From: Deltaproteobacteria bacterium
GTDB taxonomy: Bacteria; Myxococcota_A; Polyangia; Polyangiales; B10-G4
Assembly (NCBI GenBank): GCA_003647065.1
Contig: QMMC01000002.1
Location: 1-52,371, forward strand
Reading direction: 5' to 3'
DNA: 52,371 bases
Shown here in pieces: positions 26,080 to 35,107 of the stretch. The notes below the pieces were generated by a model. It worked only from the letters and a program-made list of their open reading frames with translations. It had not been told where the DNA came from and ran no database searches. A program made the position numbers and the translations under genes. Positions within the stretch are counted from its first letter, which is position 1. Every line of letters starts with the position of its first letter.

Positions 26080-27780
26080 ATGTCTTATCAACGCTCGGCC
26101 GCGCCGCTCGCCGCCCTGGCCGCTCTTTCGCTCACCGTCTTGGTCGTCCTGGGCATCACCAGTTGCTCCGAGAGCGGCTTCGAGGTGGTCGTCGAGCTGC
26201 GGACCGATCTGGTCCCCGACATCGAGTTCGACCGGGTGCGCACAGAGCTCGTCACGGGCGTTGGCCTCGGCAGCGATTCGAGCGGCCGCCTGAGCGAGGT
26301 CGCGGCGACCCCGACGGGCGACTACTTCACCGGATTCCGCGTTGCCGAGTTCTCGGGAGTGGCCCCCGGAAGCTACCTCATCCGCGTACAGGTGATCGCC
26401 GGCGCGGGCATCGCGGCGGAGCGCTTCGTCGCGGTCGACCTGACCGCCAACACCGCCGCCCAGGTCGTCGTCACCCGCTCCTGCCGGGGTGTCACCTGCC
26501 CCGAAGAGGGAGACGCAGCCGGCGCGATCTCGTGCGTCGGCGGGCTCTGCGTGCTGCCCGAGTGCACCACGGGGCGTGAAGAGGCGTGCCCTCCCCGCGA
26601 ATGCGCGCGCCCGGGCGACTGCCCGGCGTCGACCACCGCCTGCTCAGAGGCGACCTGCATCGATGGGCTCTGCATCGCGACCCTCGATGACGCCGTGTGC
26701 AGCGCCGAGGAGCGCTGCCACCCCGAACTGGGGTGCGTGGATACGACGGTCTGCGTGCCGCTATCGGAGATCTGCAACGGCGCCGATGACGACTGCGACG
26801 ACTCGGCCGATGAAGACTTCGACCTGTCCTCGGACATCGATCATTGCGGCGCATGTGGCAACGCATGCGGCACCGCCAACGGCGCCGCACGCTGTGACGG
26901 CGGTACCTGCCGGGTCAACTGCAACCCGGGTTTCGCCGATTGCAACGGCATCTCCGGCGACGGCTGCGAGGTCGACATCTCAGCGGCAACCGACTGCGGC
27001 GGCTGCGGCGCAGCCTGTACAGCACCGACGCCGCTCTGCGAGTCGACTGGCGACGACTCCTTCGCCTGCGCTGCGGACTGCGCCGCCGGGACGACGCTCT
27101 GCGGCTCCAGCTGCGTCGACACGTCCGACACCGCGACTCATTGCGGCTCCTGCGGCAACCGCTGCGACAACGTCGCCGGCACCTCGAACGGCGCGACCCC
27201 GGTGTGCACCGCCTCGTCGTGCAGCTTCGCGTGCAACGTCGACCGGGCAGACTGCAACGCGGTATCGGCGGACGGCTGCGAGGTCCGAGTGAACGAGGAC
27301 GCCAACAACTGCGGCGCCTGCGGCACCCGATGCTCCGTGACCAACGGGACAGCGGGGTGCGGCGACCGCACCTGCGTCATCGCCAGCTGCAACGCGGGCT
27401 GGGCGGATTGCGACGGCAACTACGACAATGGTTGCGAGACCAGTACGCGAACCCTCAGCAACTGCGGCTCCTGCGGAACCTCCTGCTCTCTGCCCAACTC
27501 GACCTCGACCTGCGCGAGTGGCACCTGCCGCGTCGCCAGCTGCAACGCCGGCTGGGGCAACTGCGGGCTCGTTAGCGGGGACGGATGCTCGACGCCGCTC
27601 AATACGCTGACCAACTGCGGCAGCTGCGGAACGGCCTGTTCATTCAATCATGCGATGTCGACGTGCGGCGGTGGGACGTGTTCCATGGGGACGTGTGAGA
27701 CGGGGTGGCTCGACTGCAACGACATGGCCTTCGATGGATGCGAAACGGGACGATTCATGCCTTGTCCCGTGGAGATGTGA
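26080..27780 (+). CDS. Cys-rich repeat lipoprotein (CGxCGxxC repeats), paralog 1
   Basis: Lipobox ITS|C; N-domain VVVELRTDLVP; repeats CxxGWADCxG...DGCE...NCGxCG. Confidence 0.85.
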   Translation: MSYQRSAAPLAALAALSLTVLVVLGITSCSESGFEVVVELRTDLVPDIEFDRVRTELVTGVGLGSDSSGRLSEVAATPTGDYFTGFRVAEFSGVAPGSYLIRVQVIAGAGIAAERFVAVDLTANTAAQVVVTRSCRGVTCPEEGDAAGAISCVGGLCVLPECTTGREEACPPRECARPGDCPASTTACSEATCIDGLCIATLDDAVCSAEERCHPELGCVDTTVCVPLSEICNGADDDCDDSADEDFDLSSDIDHCGACGNACGTANGAARCDGGTCRVNCNPGFADCNGISGDGCEVDISAATDCGGCGAACTAPTPLCESTGDDSFACAADCAAGTTLCGSSCVDTSDTATHCGSCGNRCDNVAGTSNGATPVCTASSCSFACNVDRADCNAVSADGCEVRVNEDANNCGACGTRCSVTNGTAGCGDRTCVIASCNAGWADCDGNYDNGCETSTRTLSNCGSCGTSCSLPNSTSTCASGTCRVASCNAGWGNCGLVSGDGCSTPLNTLTNCGSCGTACSFNHAMSTCGGGTCSMGTCETGWLDCNDMAFDGCETGRFMPCPVEM

Positions 27781-27811
27781 GCGCGGGCCGCGAATGATAG
27801 GCTGACGTTCG

Positions 27812-29515
27812 ATGTCTCATTTTCGGGCGCTCCAGACACTGAACACGGCCGCACTCGGCGTGGTGCTCACCCTTTCGACCACGAGCTGCAGCGACAGCGG
27901 ACTCGAAGTGGTCGTGGAGTTGCGGACGGATCTAGTGCCCGAGATCGAGTTCGACAGCATCGAGACCGAATTGGTGCCGGCAGGGGAGATGGCCCCGGGA
28001 CCGGGGAGCAGCGCTCGGAGGACCGAAACTCCAGCAACGCGCTCCGGGGACTATTTTGTCGGATTTCGAATCGCAGAGTTCTCCGATGTCGTCCCGGGCA
28101 CGTACCTCATCGCGGTCACAGCGCTCCTCGAGTCCGAGGCAGTGGCCCAGCGCGTGATTCGCGTCGACATCCTGGCGAACTCGGCCACGCGGGTCATCCT
28201 CACTCGAGGGTGCCGCGGCGCGGCCTGTCCGGGCGCGGGCGACGACTCCGATGCCACCTCGTGCGTGGGCGGACTCTGCGCGAGTCCGGAATGCGTGACC
28301 GGGCGTGAACCCGCTTGCCCCGCCCGGGAATGCGGAAGCGCGGGGGACTGCTCTGCCCCCGCGGCGTGCGCCTCAGCAGCCTGCGTGAACGGTCTCTGCC
28401 TCGTAGACCTCGACGATACGCAGTGCCCCGCCGGGGAGCGGTGCCATCCAGACCCGATGTTGGGCTGCGTGGACGCCACGATGTGCGTTCCCCTCGAGGA
28501 GATCTGCAACCGCGCGGACGACGATTGTGACGGCATCGCCGACGAGGACTTCGACATCCTCACCGACTTCAACCACTGCGGAGCTTGCGGTTCTTCATGT
28601 GATTCAGTTACGGCAGATGGCTGCCGCGGTGGGACGTGCGAGTGCTCCTCCAACCGGGGTTCCCCCTGCCTCGAAGGGCGCTGTTGTTCCACGGGGTGCG
28701 AGCCGCTCGATAGCGTCACTGGCTGTGGAGCCTGCGGATTCGAGTGCAATGCGGACCGCCCCGCGCATCAGCCGTCCGCCGACCGATGCGACGGTGGGGG
28801 GTGCCGGTGTGGCGGCGGCGCGGCCTGTGCCGAGGGCTCGATGTGCTGCGCCGGAACCTGCGTATCGTTCGACGATCCGAGCCATTGCGGCACCTGCGGC
28901 AGCGCTTGCTTCAACGCCCCAGGCAGCCCCGCATCGCAAATTTGCGCCGAGTCCGGCCCCGGAAGCTATGACTGTCTCTGCAGCGCCCCCGGCCGGAGCG
29001 ATTGTGACGGTGTTAGCAGCAATGGCTGCGAAACGGACACGGGGTCATCCGGCAGCGTCAACAACTGCGGCGGCTGCGGCGCCCGCTGCCTCGTGACCAA
29101 CGGCACCCCCGCATGCAACAGCGGAGTTTGTGCTATCGCGTCCTGCAATAGCCGTTACGCCGACTGCCTCGGGGGCTACTCGAATGGCTGCGAAACACGG
29201 CTCGCCTCGCTCACCGACTGCGGCGGCTGTGGCATCACTTGCAGCCTCAACAACGCGACCGCGACGTGCGCGGCCGGCTCCTGCGCCGTCGCCAGCTGTG
29301 ACGCTGGCTGGGCAGACTGCTCGGGTGGTTCCGCGGATGGCTGCGAGACGCCGATCAATACGCTCACCAACTGCGGCGGCTGTGGCATCACTTGCAGCCG
29401 CTACGGCGCGACCGCGACTTGCAGCAGCGGTTCCTGCCGAATCTTGTCGTGCAACAGCGGAAATGGGAACTGCAACGGCCGCGACAGCGACGGCTGCGAG
29501 TGCGCGACCGGTTGA
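27812..29515 (+). CDS. Cys-rich repeat lipoprotein, paralog 2 (tandem duplicate)
   Basis: Same N-domain EVVVELRTDLVPEIEFD...GDYFVGFRIAEFS and same repeat types as the previous gene. Confidence 0.85.
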   Translation: MSHFRALQTLNTAALGVVLTLSTTSCSDSGLEVVVELRTDLVPEIEFDSIETELVPAGEMAPGPGSSARRTETPATRSGDYFVGFRIAEFSDVVPGTYLIAVTALLESEAVAQRVIRVDILANSATRVILTRGCRGAACPGAGDDSDATSCVGGLCASPECVTGREPACPARECGSAGDCSAPAACASAACVNGLCLVDLDDTQCPAGERCHPDPMLGCVDATMCVPLEEICNRADDDCDGIADEDFDILTDFNHCGACGSSCDSVTADGCRGGTCECSSNRGSPCLEGRCCSTGCEPLDSVTGCGACGFECNADRPAHQPSADRCDGGGCRCGGGAACAEGSMCCAGTCVSFDDPSHCGTCGSACFNAPGSPASQICAESGPGSYDCLCSAPGRSDCDGVSSNGCETDTGSSGSVNNCGGCGARCLVTNGTPACNSGVCAIASCNSRYADCLGGYSNGCETRLASLTDCGGCGITCSLNNATATCAAGSCAVASCDAGWADCSGGSADGCETPINTLTNCGGCGITCSRYGATATCSSGSCRILSCNSGNGNCNGRDSDGCECATG

Positions 29516-29573
29516 TCCCGCCGGTGCGAAGACCTGCCGAGTAGCGGGATCGAAGGACCAAGCCCCCTCGTGA

Positions 29574-32500
29574 TCACGGCGCGGGGAGTGACGTAGTCGC
29601 CGGCACGCACTGGCCGGCCAGGGGGCCCGAGGTCACGCAGGTGAGCCCGGGCTGCACCATGTCGCAGAGAGCCTGCCCCCCGAGGAAGTCGCAGCGCGGG
29701 CCGCAGACGCTGTAGAGCTCGGTCCAGCACACCTGCTCGAAGCTACCGACCCCGGCGCAGGTGCTGTTGTCGAAGCAGCGGCAGGTGAAGATGTCGACGA
29801 GGCCGTCGCCGTCATCGTCCCGGCCGTTGCAGCACTCCCCCGTCGGTCCGAAGGGTGAGCAATCGCTGTCGTCGCAGTCGACGGGGCCGTCGCAGTCGTC
29901 ATCGGCCCCGTTGGTGCACGCCGCCACGCCGAGCTCACGGTCGGTGCACATCAGGCAAAGCGGGCTGCTGACGCAGTCCGAGTCGGCGCAATCGGTCGCT
30001 CCGTCACCGTCGTCATCGATACCGTTGCCGCAGTCCTCGGCGCCTCCCGGGCAGAAGGGGGTGCCGCTGCAATCCCGGTCGGCGCAGTCGAAGAGCCCGT
30101 CGCAGTCGTTGTCGGCGCCATCGAAGCACACCTCCGGGGAGGGGAAGCAGCACGAGGGGTCGCCGGCGCAGGAGCTGTCAAGGCAGTCGACGGCGAAGTC
30201 ACAGTCGTTGTCGATGCCGTCGAAGCACACCTCGACCGAAGGCACGCAGCAGGCGGGGTCGCCGAGGCAGTCCGAGTCCCGGCAATCGACGCGTCCATCG
30301 CAATCGTCGTCACCGCCGTCGGAGCAGCGAATCTCGAAGGGCTCGCAGGTCACGCACGAAGGGTCGCCGAGGCACCACGGGTCATCGCAATCGACGAGGC
30401 CGTTGCAATCCTCGTCGAAGCCCGTCGCGCAAACCTCGAAGGGCAGGCAGAAGGAGCAGAGCGGGTCCAAGGCGCAGTCCGGGTCCGCGCAGTCGAGGAT
30501 CCCATCGCAGTCGTCATCGCGCCCGTTGCGGCACTGCTCGGGGGAGCAGTCACCGGTGCAGCTGGGGTCGAAGGAGCAGAACGGGTCGTCACAGTCGGCG
30601 AGGCCGTTGCAGTCGTCGTCGATGCCGTCGTTGCATATCTCGAAGGGCAGGCAGACCGAACAGATTGGGTTGCCGACACAATCGCTGTCGGCGCAGTCCG
30701 TCTGGCCATCGCAGTCGTTGTCGGTCCCGTCCCGGCAGATTTCGATGCTCGAGCACGCCCCGCAGACCGGATTGACGAAACAGTCCGAGTCCATGCAGTC
30801 CACGGCGCCGTCGCAATCGTCGTCGACGCCGTTGGAGCAGGTCTCGGGCCCGCACATCGCGCACGCGGGGTCGAACTGGCAGTCTCGGTCGGAGCAGTCG
30901 GTGCGGGTATCGCAGTCGTCGTCGATGCCATTGCCGCAAACCTCCGGAACACAAATGCGGCAGCTCGGGTCGAGGGAACAATCCGCGTCCGCGCAGTCGA
31001 CCTGTCGGTCGCAGTCGTTGTCGACGCCGTCGAAGCAGACCTCGGGGGTGCAGAACATGCAGCTCGGCGTGCCAAAGCAGTCCGGATCAGAGCAGTCCGG
31101 TTGGCCGTCGCAGTCGTTGTCGACGCCATCGGCGCACCTCTCCGGGATGGGGATGCAGACCCCGCAGGCCGGATGGACAAAGCAGTCCGCGTCGCTGCAA
31201 TCCATCTGGCCATCACAATCATCGTCGAAGCTATTGGTGCAGTCCTCGGGGGAGCATACGACGCAGAGCGGGTCACGGGAGCAGCTGTCCGTATCGCTGC
31301 AATCGATGCGGCCATCGCAGTCGTCATCGACGCCGTTGGCGCAGTTCTCCGGCGAAGGGCGGCAGCAGACGGGGGCGGTGGCGCAGTTGGGGTCGCCGCA
31401 GTCGACGCGCCCGTCACAGTCGTTGTCGAGGCCGTCGGTGCAGACCTCGGCCGAGGGCACGCAGCACGAGGGGTCCGAGCCGCACTCGGGGTCGTCGCAG
31501 TCGGTCAGTCCGTCGCAGTCATCGTCGAAGCCGTTACCGCAGGACGCCTCGAAGGGCAGGCAGGGGACGATGCAGTCCGGGTCCAGGGCGCAGTCCGGGT
31601 CCCTGCAGTCGATGAGCCGATCGCAGTCGTTGTCGAACCCATCGGAGCAGGATTCGGGCAGGCAGAACATGCAGAAGGGGTCCCGGGCGCAGTCCGGGTC
31701 CGAACAATCGACGAGGCCGTCGCAGTCGTCATCACGGCCGCTGCCGCAGAGCTCGGGCACGCAGAGCACGCAGCCGGGGTCGAACCCGCAGTCTGGGTCG
31801 GCGCAGTCGACGAGCCCGTCACAGTCCTCATCGATGCGGTCGTCGCAAGAAAACTCGATGGGCGTACACATCGAACACTCGGGGGACCCGGCGCAGAGGG
31901 GGTCGACGCAGTCCGCGAGGCCATCGCAGTTGTTGTCGATGATGTCGCCGCAGAGCTCTCGGGCCCGGGGATTGACCATGGGGTTGCGATCGTTGCAGTC
32001 GAGGCCGCCGCATTCGGGCGGGCCGAAGCCGTCGCGGTCGCGGTCGAGGGGCGCGGAGATGCAGCTGCGGCTCGTCTCGTCGCAGCGGTCCATCGAACAC
32101 TCGGAGGTGGCCCCACAGAAGAACGGCTCCCCGGGGAAGCAGCCGCGGAGGAGGTCACAGCCCTCGGCGCCGTTGCAGAAGAGCCCATCGTCGCAGCGAA
32201 GGTCTACCGCGGTGATGGAGCAGCCGCCTACGGCCTCGCTGCACTCGTCGACGGTGCAGGTGATGCCGTCGTTGCAGTCGAGGGGCGTCCCGGGCATGCA
32301 GAAGCCGTCGAGGCATTCTTCGGCGCCGTTGCAGACGAAGCGGTCATCGCAGTCGAGGTTGGTACGACACTCGCGGCCCTCGCAGCCGAGGACCGGGTCG
32401 CACATGGTGCCGGGAGGGCAAAGGTCTGGCGCGGGCACGAACTGGCAGGAGCGGTCGGCCTCGACGCAGCGGTCTTCGGTGCAGTCGACGCCGTCGTCGC

Positions 32501-32744
32501 AGAAGGGCGCCATGCCGTCGACGCAGATTCCGTCCCGGCAGGCCTCGACTCCGTCGCAGAAGAGACCGTCGTCGCAGTCGGCGTCGACCGAGCAGCCGCG
32601 CACGATGGCATCCGGGGCGTCGACCCCGGAATCTGTCGGGGGAGCCCCGTCGGAGAAATCATCGAGGGCGCTACGGCCGCAGGCGGCGAGCGTCGCGGCG
32701 GCCGCAAGGAGCACCGCGACGGAGGCATAACGACGTGATTTCAT
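29574..32744 (-). CDS. Large Cys/Asp-rich repeat lipoprotein (about 21 ExCxDGxDxDCDGxxDCxDxDC repeats)
   Basis: Lipobox LAA|CGRSAL; N-terminal CDDGxFCNGxExC repeats, then about 21 units of about 33-35 aa counted by eye. Confidence 0.9.
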   Translation of the reverse strand: MKSRRYASVAVLLAAAATLAACGRSALDDFSDGAPPTDSGVDAPDAIVRGCSVDADCDDGLFCDGVEACRDGICVDGMAPFCDDGVDCTEDRCVEADRSCQFVPAPDLCPPGTMCDPVLGCEGRECRTNLDCDDRFVCNGAEECLDGFCMPGTPLDCNDGITCTVDECSEAVGGCSITAVDLRCDDGLFCNGAEGCDLLRGCFPGEPFFCGATSECSMDRCDETSRSCISAPLDRDRDGFGPPECGGLDCNDRNPMVNPRARELCGDIIDNNCDGLADCVDPLCAGSPECSMCTPIEFSCDDRIDEDCDGLVDCADPDCGFDPGCVLCVPELCGSGRDDDCDGLVDCSDPDCARDPFCMFCLPESCSDGFDNDCDRLIDCRDPDCALDPDCIVPCLPFEASCGNGFDDDCDGLTDCDDPECGSDPSCCVPSAEVCTDGLDNDCDGRVDCGDPNCATAPVCCRPSPENCANGVDDDCDGRIDCSDTDSCSRDPLCVVCSPEDCTNSFDDDCDGQMDCSDADCFVHPACGVCIPIPERCADGVDNDCDGQPDCSDPDCFGTPSCMFCTPEVCFDGVDNDCDRQVDCADADCSLDPSCRICVPEVCGNGIDDDCDTRTDCSDRDCQFDPACAMCGPETCSNGVDDDCDGAVDCMDSDCFVNPVCGACSSIEICRDGTDNDCDGQTDCADSDCVGNPICSVCLPFEICNDGIDDDCNGLADCDDPFCSFDPSCTGDCSPEQCRNGRDDDCDGILDCADPDCALDPLCSFCLPFEVCATGFDEDCNGLVDCDDPWCLGDPSCVTCEPFEIRCSDGGDDDCDGRVDCRDSDCLGDPACCVPSVEVCFDGIDNDCDFAVDCLDSSCAGDPSCCFPSPEVCFDGADNDCDGLFDCADRDCSGTPFCPGGAEDCGNGIDDDGDGATDCADSDCVSSPLCLMCTDRELGVAACTNGADDDCDGPVDCDDSDCSPFGPTGECCNGRDDDGDGLVDIFTCRCFDNSTCAGVGSFEQVCWTELYSVCGPRCDFLGGQALCDMVQPGLTCVTSGPLAGQCVPATTSLPAP

Positions 32745-32964
32745 GGGATTCACCAATTCTAACAGCCGCCTTCGAGGGGATCACGTAGCTGACGTGCGGG
32801 AGTCCCTGGAAGAGTCGTTCCAAGCCTTTGTCGCGCGAAATGTGACGGAAATTCAGCCCCCCACCGTGCCGGGGTGTGCCTTCCTCTCTATGTGAGCGCG
32901 CCGGCTCGTCACACAACCCTCGGAATATCGCGGAACCATGGGGGTTATGGCCCGCGCCCGTCTC

Positions 32965-32993
32965 TTGACGCGGTGGGCGTCCCGACTTACACC
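32965..32993 (+). promoter_or_regulatory. Sigma70-like promoter for the Gld-like ABC operon
   Basis: TTGACG-N17-TACACC about 60 nt upstream of ATG 33054; GC hairpin in the leader (about 33003-33033). Confidence 0.5.
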
Positions 32994-33053
32994 CCGGCCC
33001 TTGCCGGTCCCGGGGGGCCACCCCGGACCCGGCGGAAGCTCGAAAGGCTTTGC

Positions 33054-34388
33054 ATGAGCGATGTGATGATCGAAGCCCGCTCGCTGACGAAGCGCTACGG
33101 CGACTTCAAGGCCCTCGATAACGTGAGTTTCGAGGTCAAGCGGGGTGAAGTCCTTGGATTCCTGGGCCCGAACGGCGCTGGGAAGACAACCACCATGAAG
33201 ATTCTCACCTGCTTCATCGCCCCCACGGAGGGGACGGCGAAGGTCAACGGGTGTGACGTCTTCACGGACTCCCTCGGGGTGCGGTCCTCCCTCGGCTACC
33301 TCGCCGAGGCGAACCCGCTCTACACCGAGATGCTGGTCCTGGAATTCCTCCAGTGGGTCACGCGCATGCGCGGCCTCGAGGGGAACGACGCTCGGAAGCG
33401 CCTCAAGATGGTGGTCGAGCAGACCGACATCGGGGACGTCATCGGTCAGGGCATCGCGACCCTCTCGAAGGGCTTCCGCCAGCGCGTCGGCCTCGCCGCG
33501 ACGCTGATGCACGAGCCGCCGATCCTCATCCTCGACGAGCCGATGAGCGGCCTCGACCCGAACCAGACGGTCGAGATTCGCGAGCTCATCCGGGAAATCG
33601 GCAAGGAGCGCACGGTCATCTTGTCGACGCACTCGATGTCCGAGGCCGAGAAGACCTGCGACCGCCTGCTGATCATCACCAAGGGCAAGATCGTCGCCGA
33701 CGACACCCCCGAGGGCTTGCGCCGGGCTGCCGGAAATACGCGATACTATGCGACCTTCGCCAAGGGCGGCGACATCACCGACACCAAGACGCGCCTCGGC
33801 AACGTGACCGGAGTGGCGCGCATCGAAGAAGTCCCAGCCGCGAACAGCGGTGAAATCCGCCTCGCCATCGTCGCCAAGGACAAGCACGCTGACCTGCGGG
33901 AGGAGCTCATCAAGTCCGCCGTCGACGCCGGCTCGGTGCTCCTAGACCTCTCGGGGGAGGTCAATGCCCTCGAGCGGCGATTCGCCGAGCTGACCCTCGG
34001 TAAGGATGCCGTCGACGACAACGGTAAGGCCAAGAAGCGCGCTCGGGCCTCCGCGAAGAAGGCCGAAGTGAAGAAGGCCGAAGTGAAGAAGGCCGAAGCC
34101 AAGAAGGCCGGAAAAGAAGCGGAAGAGGCCGAACCGGAAGAAGAGGACGAGGAGAACTCCGAAGACTCCGAAGATTCGAAGGGCTCCGAAGATTCGAAGG
34201 GCTCCGGCTCCGAGACGAGCGACGACGCTGACGACAGCGACGACGCTGACGACAGCGAAGACGACTCCGGCGACTCCGACGAAGACGACCGCGAAGACGA
34301 CCGCGAAGACGACCGCGAAGACGACAACGACGCGTCCGACGAGGACGCTGATGAAGACGAAGACAAGAACGAGGACGGCGAGAAGTGA
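33054..34388 (+). CDS. ABC ATP-binding protein (GldA-like) with long basic then acidic low-complexity tail
   Basis: GPNGAGKTT, LSKGFRQR, LILDEP, STH; tail with KKAE repeats and Asp/Glu runs. Confidence 0.93.
   Translation: MSDVMIEARSLTKRYGDFKALDNVSFEVKRGEVLGFLGPNGAGKTTTMKILTCFIAPTEGTAKVNGCDVFTDSLGVRSSLGYLAEANPLYTEMLVLEFLQWVTRMRGLEGNDARKRLKMVVEQTDIGDVIGQGIATLSKGFRQRVGLAATLMHEPPILILDEPMSGLDPNQTVEIRELIREIGKERTVILSTHSMSEAEKTCDRLLIITKGKIVADDTPEGLRRAAGNTRYYATFAKGGDITDTKTRLGNVTGVARIEEVPAANSGEIRLAIVAKDKHADLREELIKSAVDAGSVLLDLSGEVNALERRFAELTLGKDAVDDNGKAKKRARASAKKAEVKKAEVKKAEAKKAGKEAEEAEPEEEDEENSEDSEDSKGSEDSKGSGSETSDDADDSDDADDSEDDSGDSDEDDREDDREDDREDDNDASDEDADEDEDKNEDGEK
34056..34330 (+). repeat. In-frame tandem repeats in the ATPase tail
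   Basis: aagaaggccgaagYS x3, gaagattcgaagggctcc x2, gacgacgctgacgacagc x2, gaagacgaccgc x3. Confidence 0.85.
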
Positions 34389-35101
34389 AAAACACACTCG
34401 GCATCGCCCGCCGGCAGTTCGTGAGCTACTTCAACGGAGCTCCGGCATACATCGTGATTTCTGTGGTCCTTCTGATCACGGGCTTCTTCTTCTGGCAGCA
34501 GTTCTTCCTCGCGAAGGTCAGCAGCGTCCGCGGCATGTGGATGTGGCTCACTTGGTCCATGGTCATCGGCGCTCCGGCGCTGACCATGGGCCTCGTCGCC
34601 GACGACCGACGCACGGGCACCATCGAGCTCTTGCTGACCATGCCGGTCAAAGACGGCGAGGTGATCCTCGGCAAGTTCCTGGGCGTCCTCGGGCTCTACG
34701 CCGTGCTGCTCTTGCTGACGTTCACCTACCCGCTCAGCGTCTCCGCCCTCGGCCCCCTCGACTTCGGCCAGGTCGCCGCAGGCTACGTAGGCATGTTCCT
34801 CCTCGGTGGGGCCCTGCTCGCCCTGGGCCTCTTGACCTCGAGCCTGACCTCGAACCAGATGGTCGCCTTCTTCTCCGGGTTCATTCTATGTTTCATCTTC
34901 GTCATCATGGACAAGGTCCTGCCCCTCATCGGCAGCGAGGGGATGTGGCCGTCGATCATCGAGTGGCTCTCCTTCGACTACCACCGGCAGTCCATGGCCC
35001 GCGGGGTCATCGACATGCGTGACGTGACCTTCTTCCTCGCGGCGACGGGCATCCCCCTCCTCATCGCATTTCGGGCTCTCGAGAGCCGCCGGTGGAGGTG
35101 A
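34385..35101 (+). CDS. ABC-2 permease (GldF-like)
   Basis: PALTMGLVADDRRTGTIELLLTMPV...VILGKF; C-terminal RGVIDMRDVTFF...LESRRW. Confidence 0.92.
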   Translation: MKNTLGIARRQFVSYFNGAPAYIVISVVLLITGFFFWQQFFLAKVSSVRGMWMWLTWSMVIGAPALTMGLVADDRRTGTIELLLTMPVKDGEVILGKFLGVLGLYAVLLLLTFTYPLSVSALGPLDFGQVAAGYVGMFLLGGALLALGLLTSSLTSNQMVAFFSGFILCFIFVIMDKVLPLIGSEGMWPSIIEWLSFDYHRQSMARGVIDMRDVTFFLAATGIPLLIAFRALESRRWR

Positions 35102-35107
35102 GCTGAT

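Noticed and set aside
29761-32738. 989-aa and 545-aa plus-strand ORFs
   Set aside because: Antisense shadows of the Cys/Asp repeat gene; Ser/Gln- or Val/Ala-rich mirror composition
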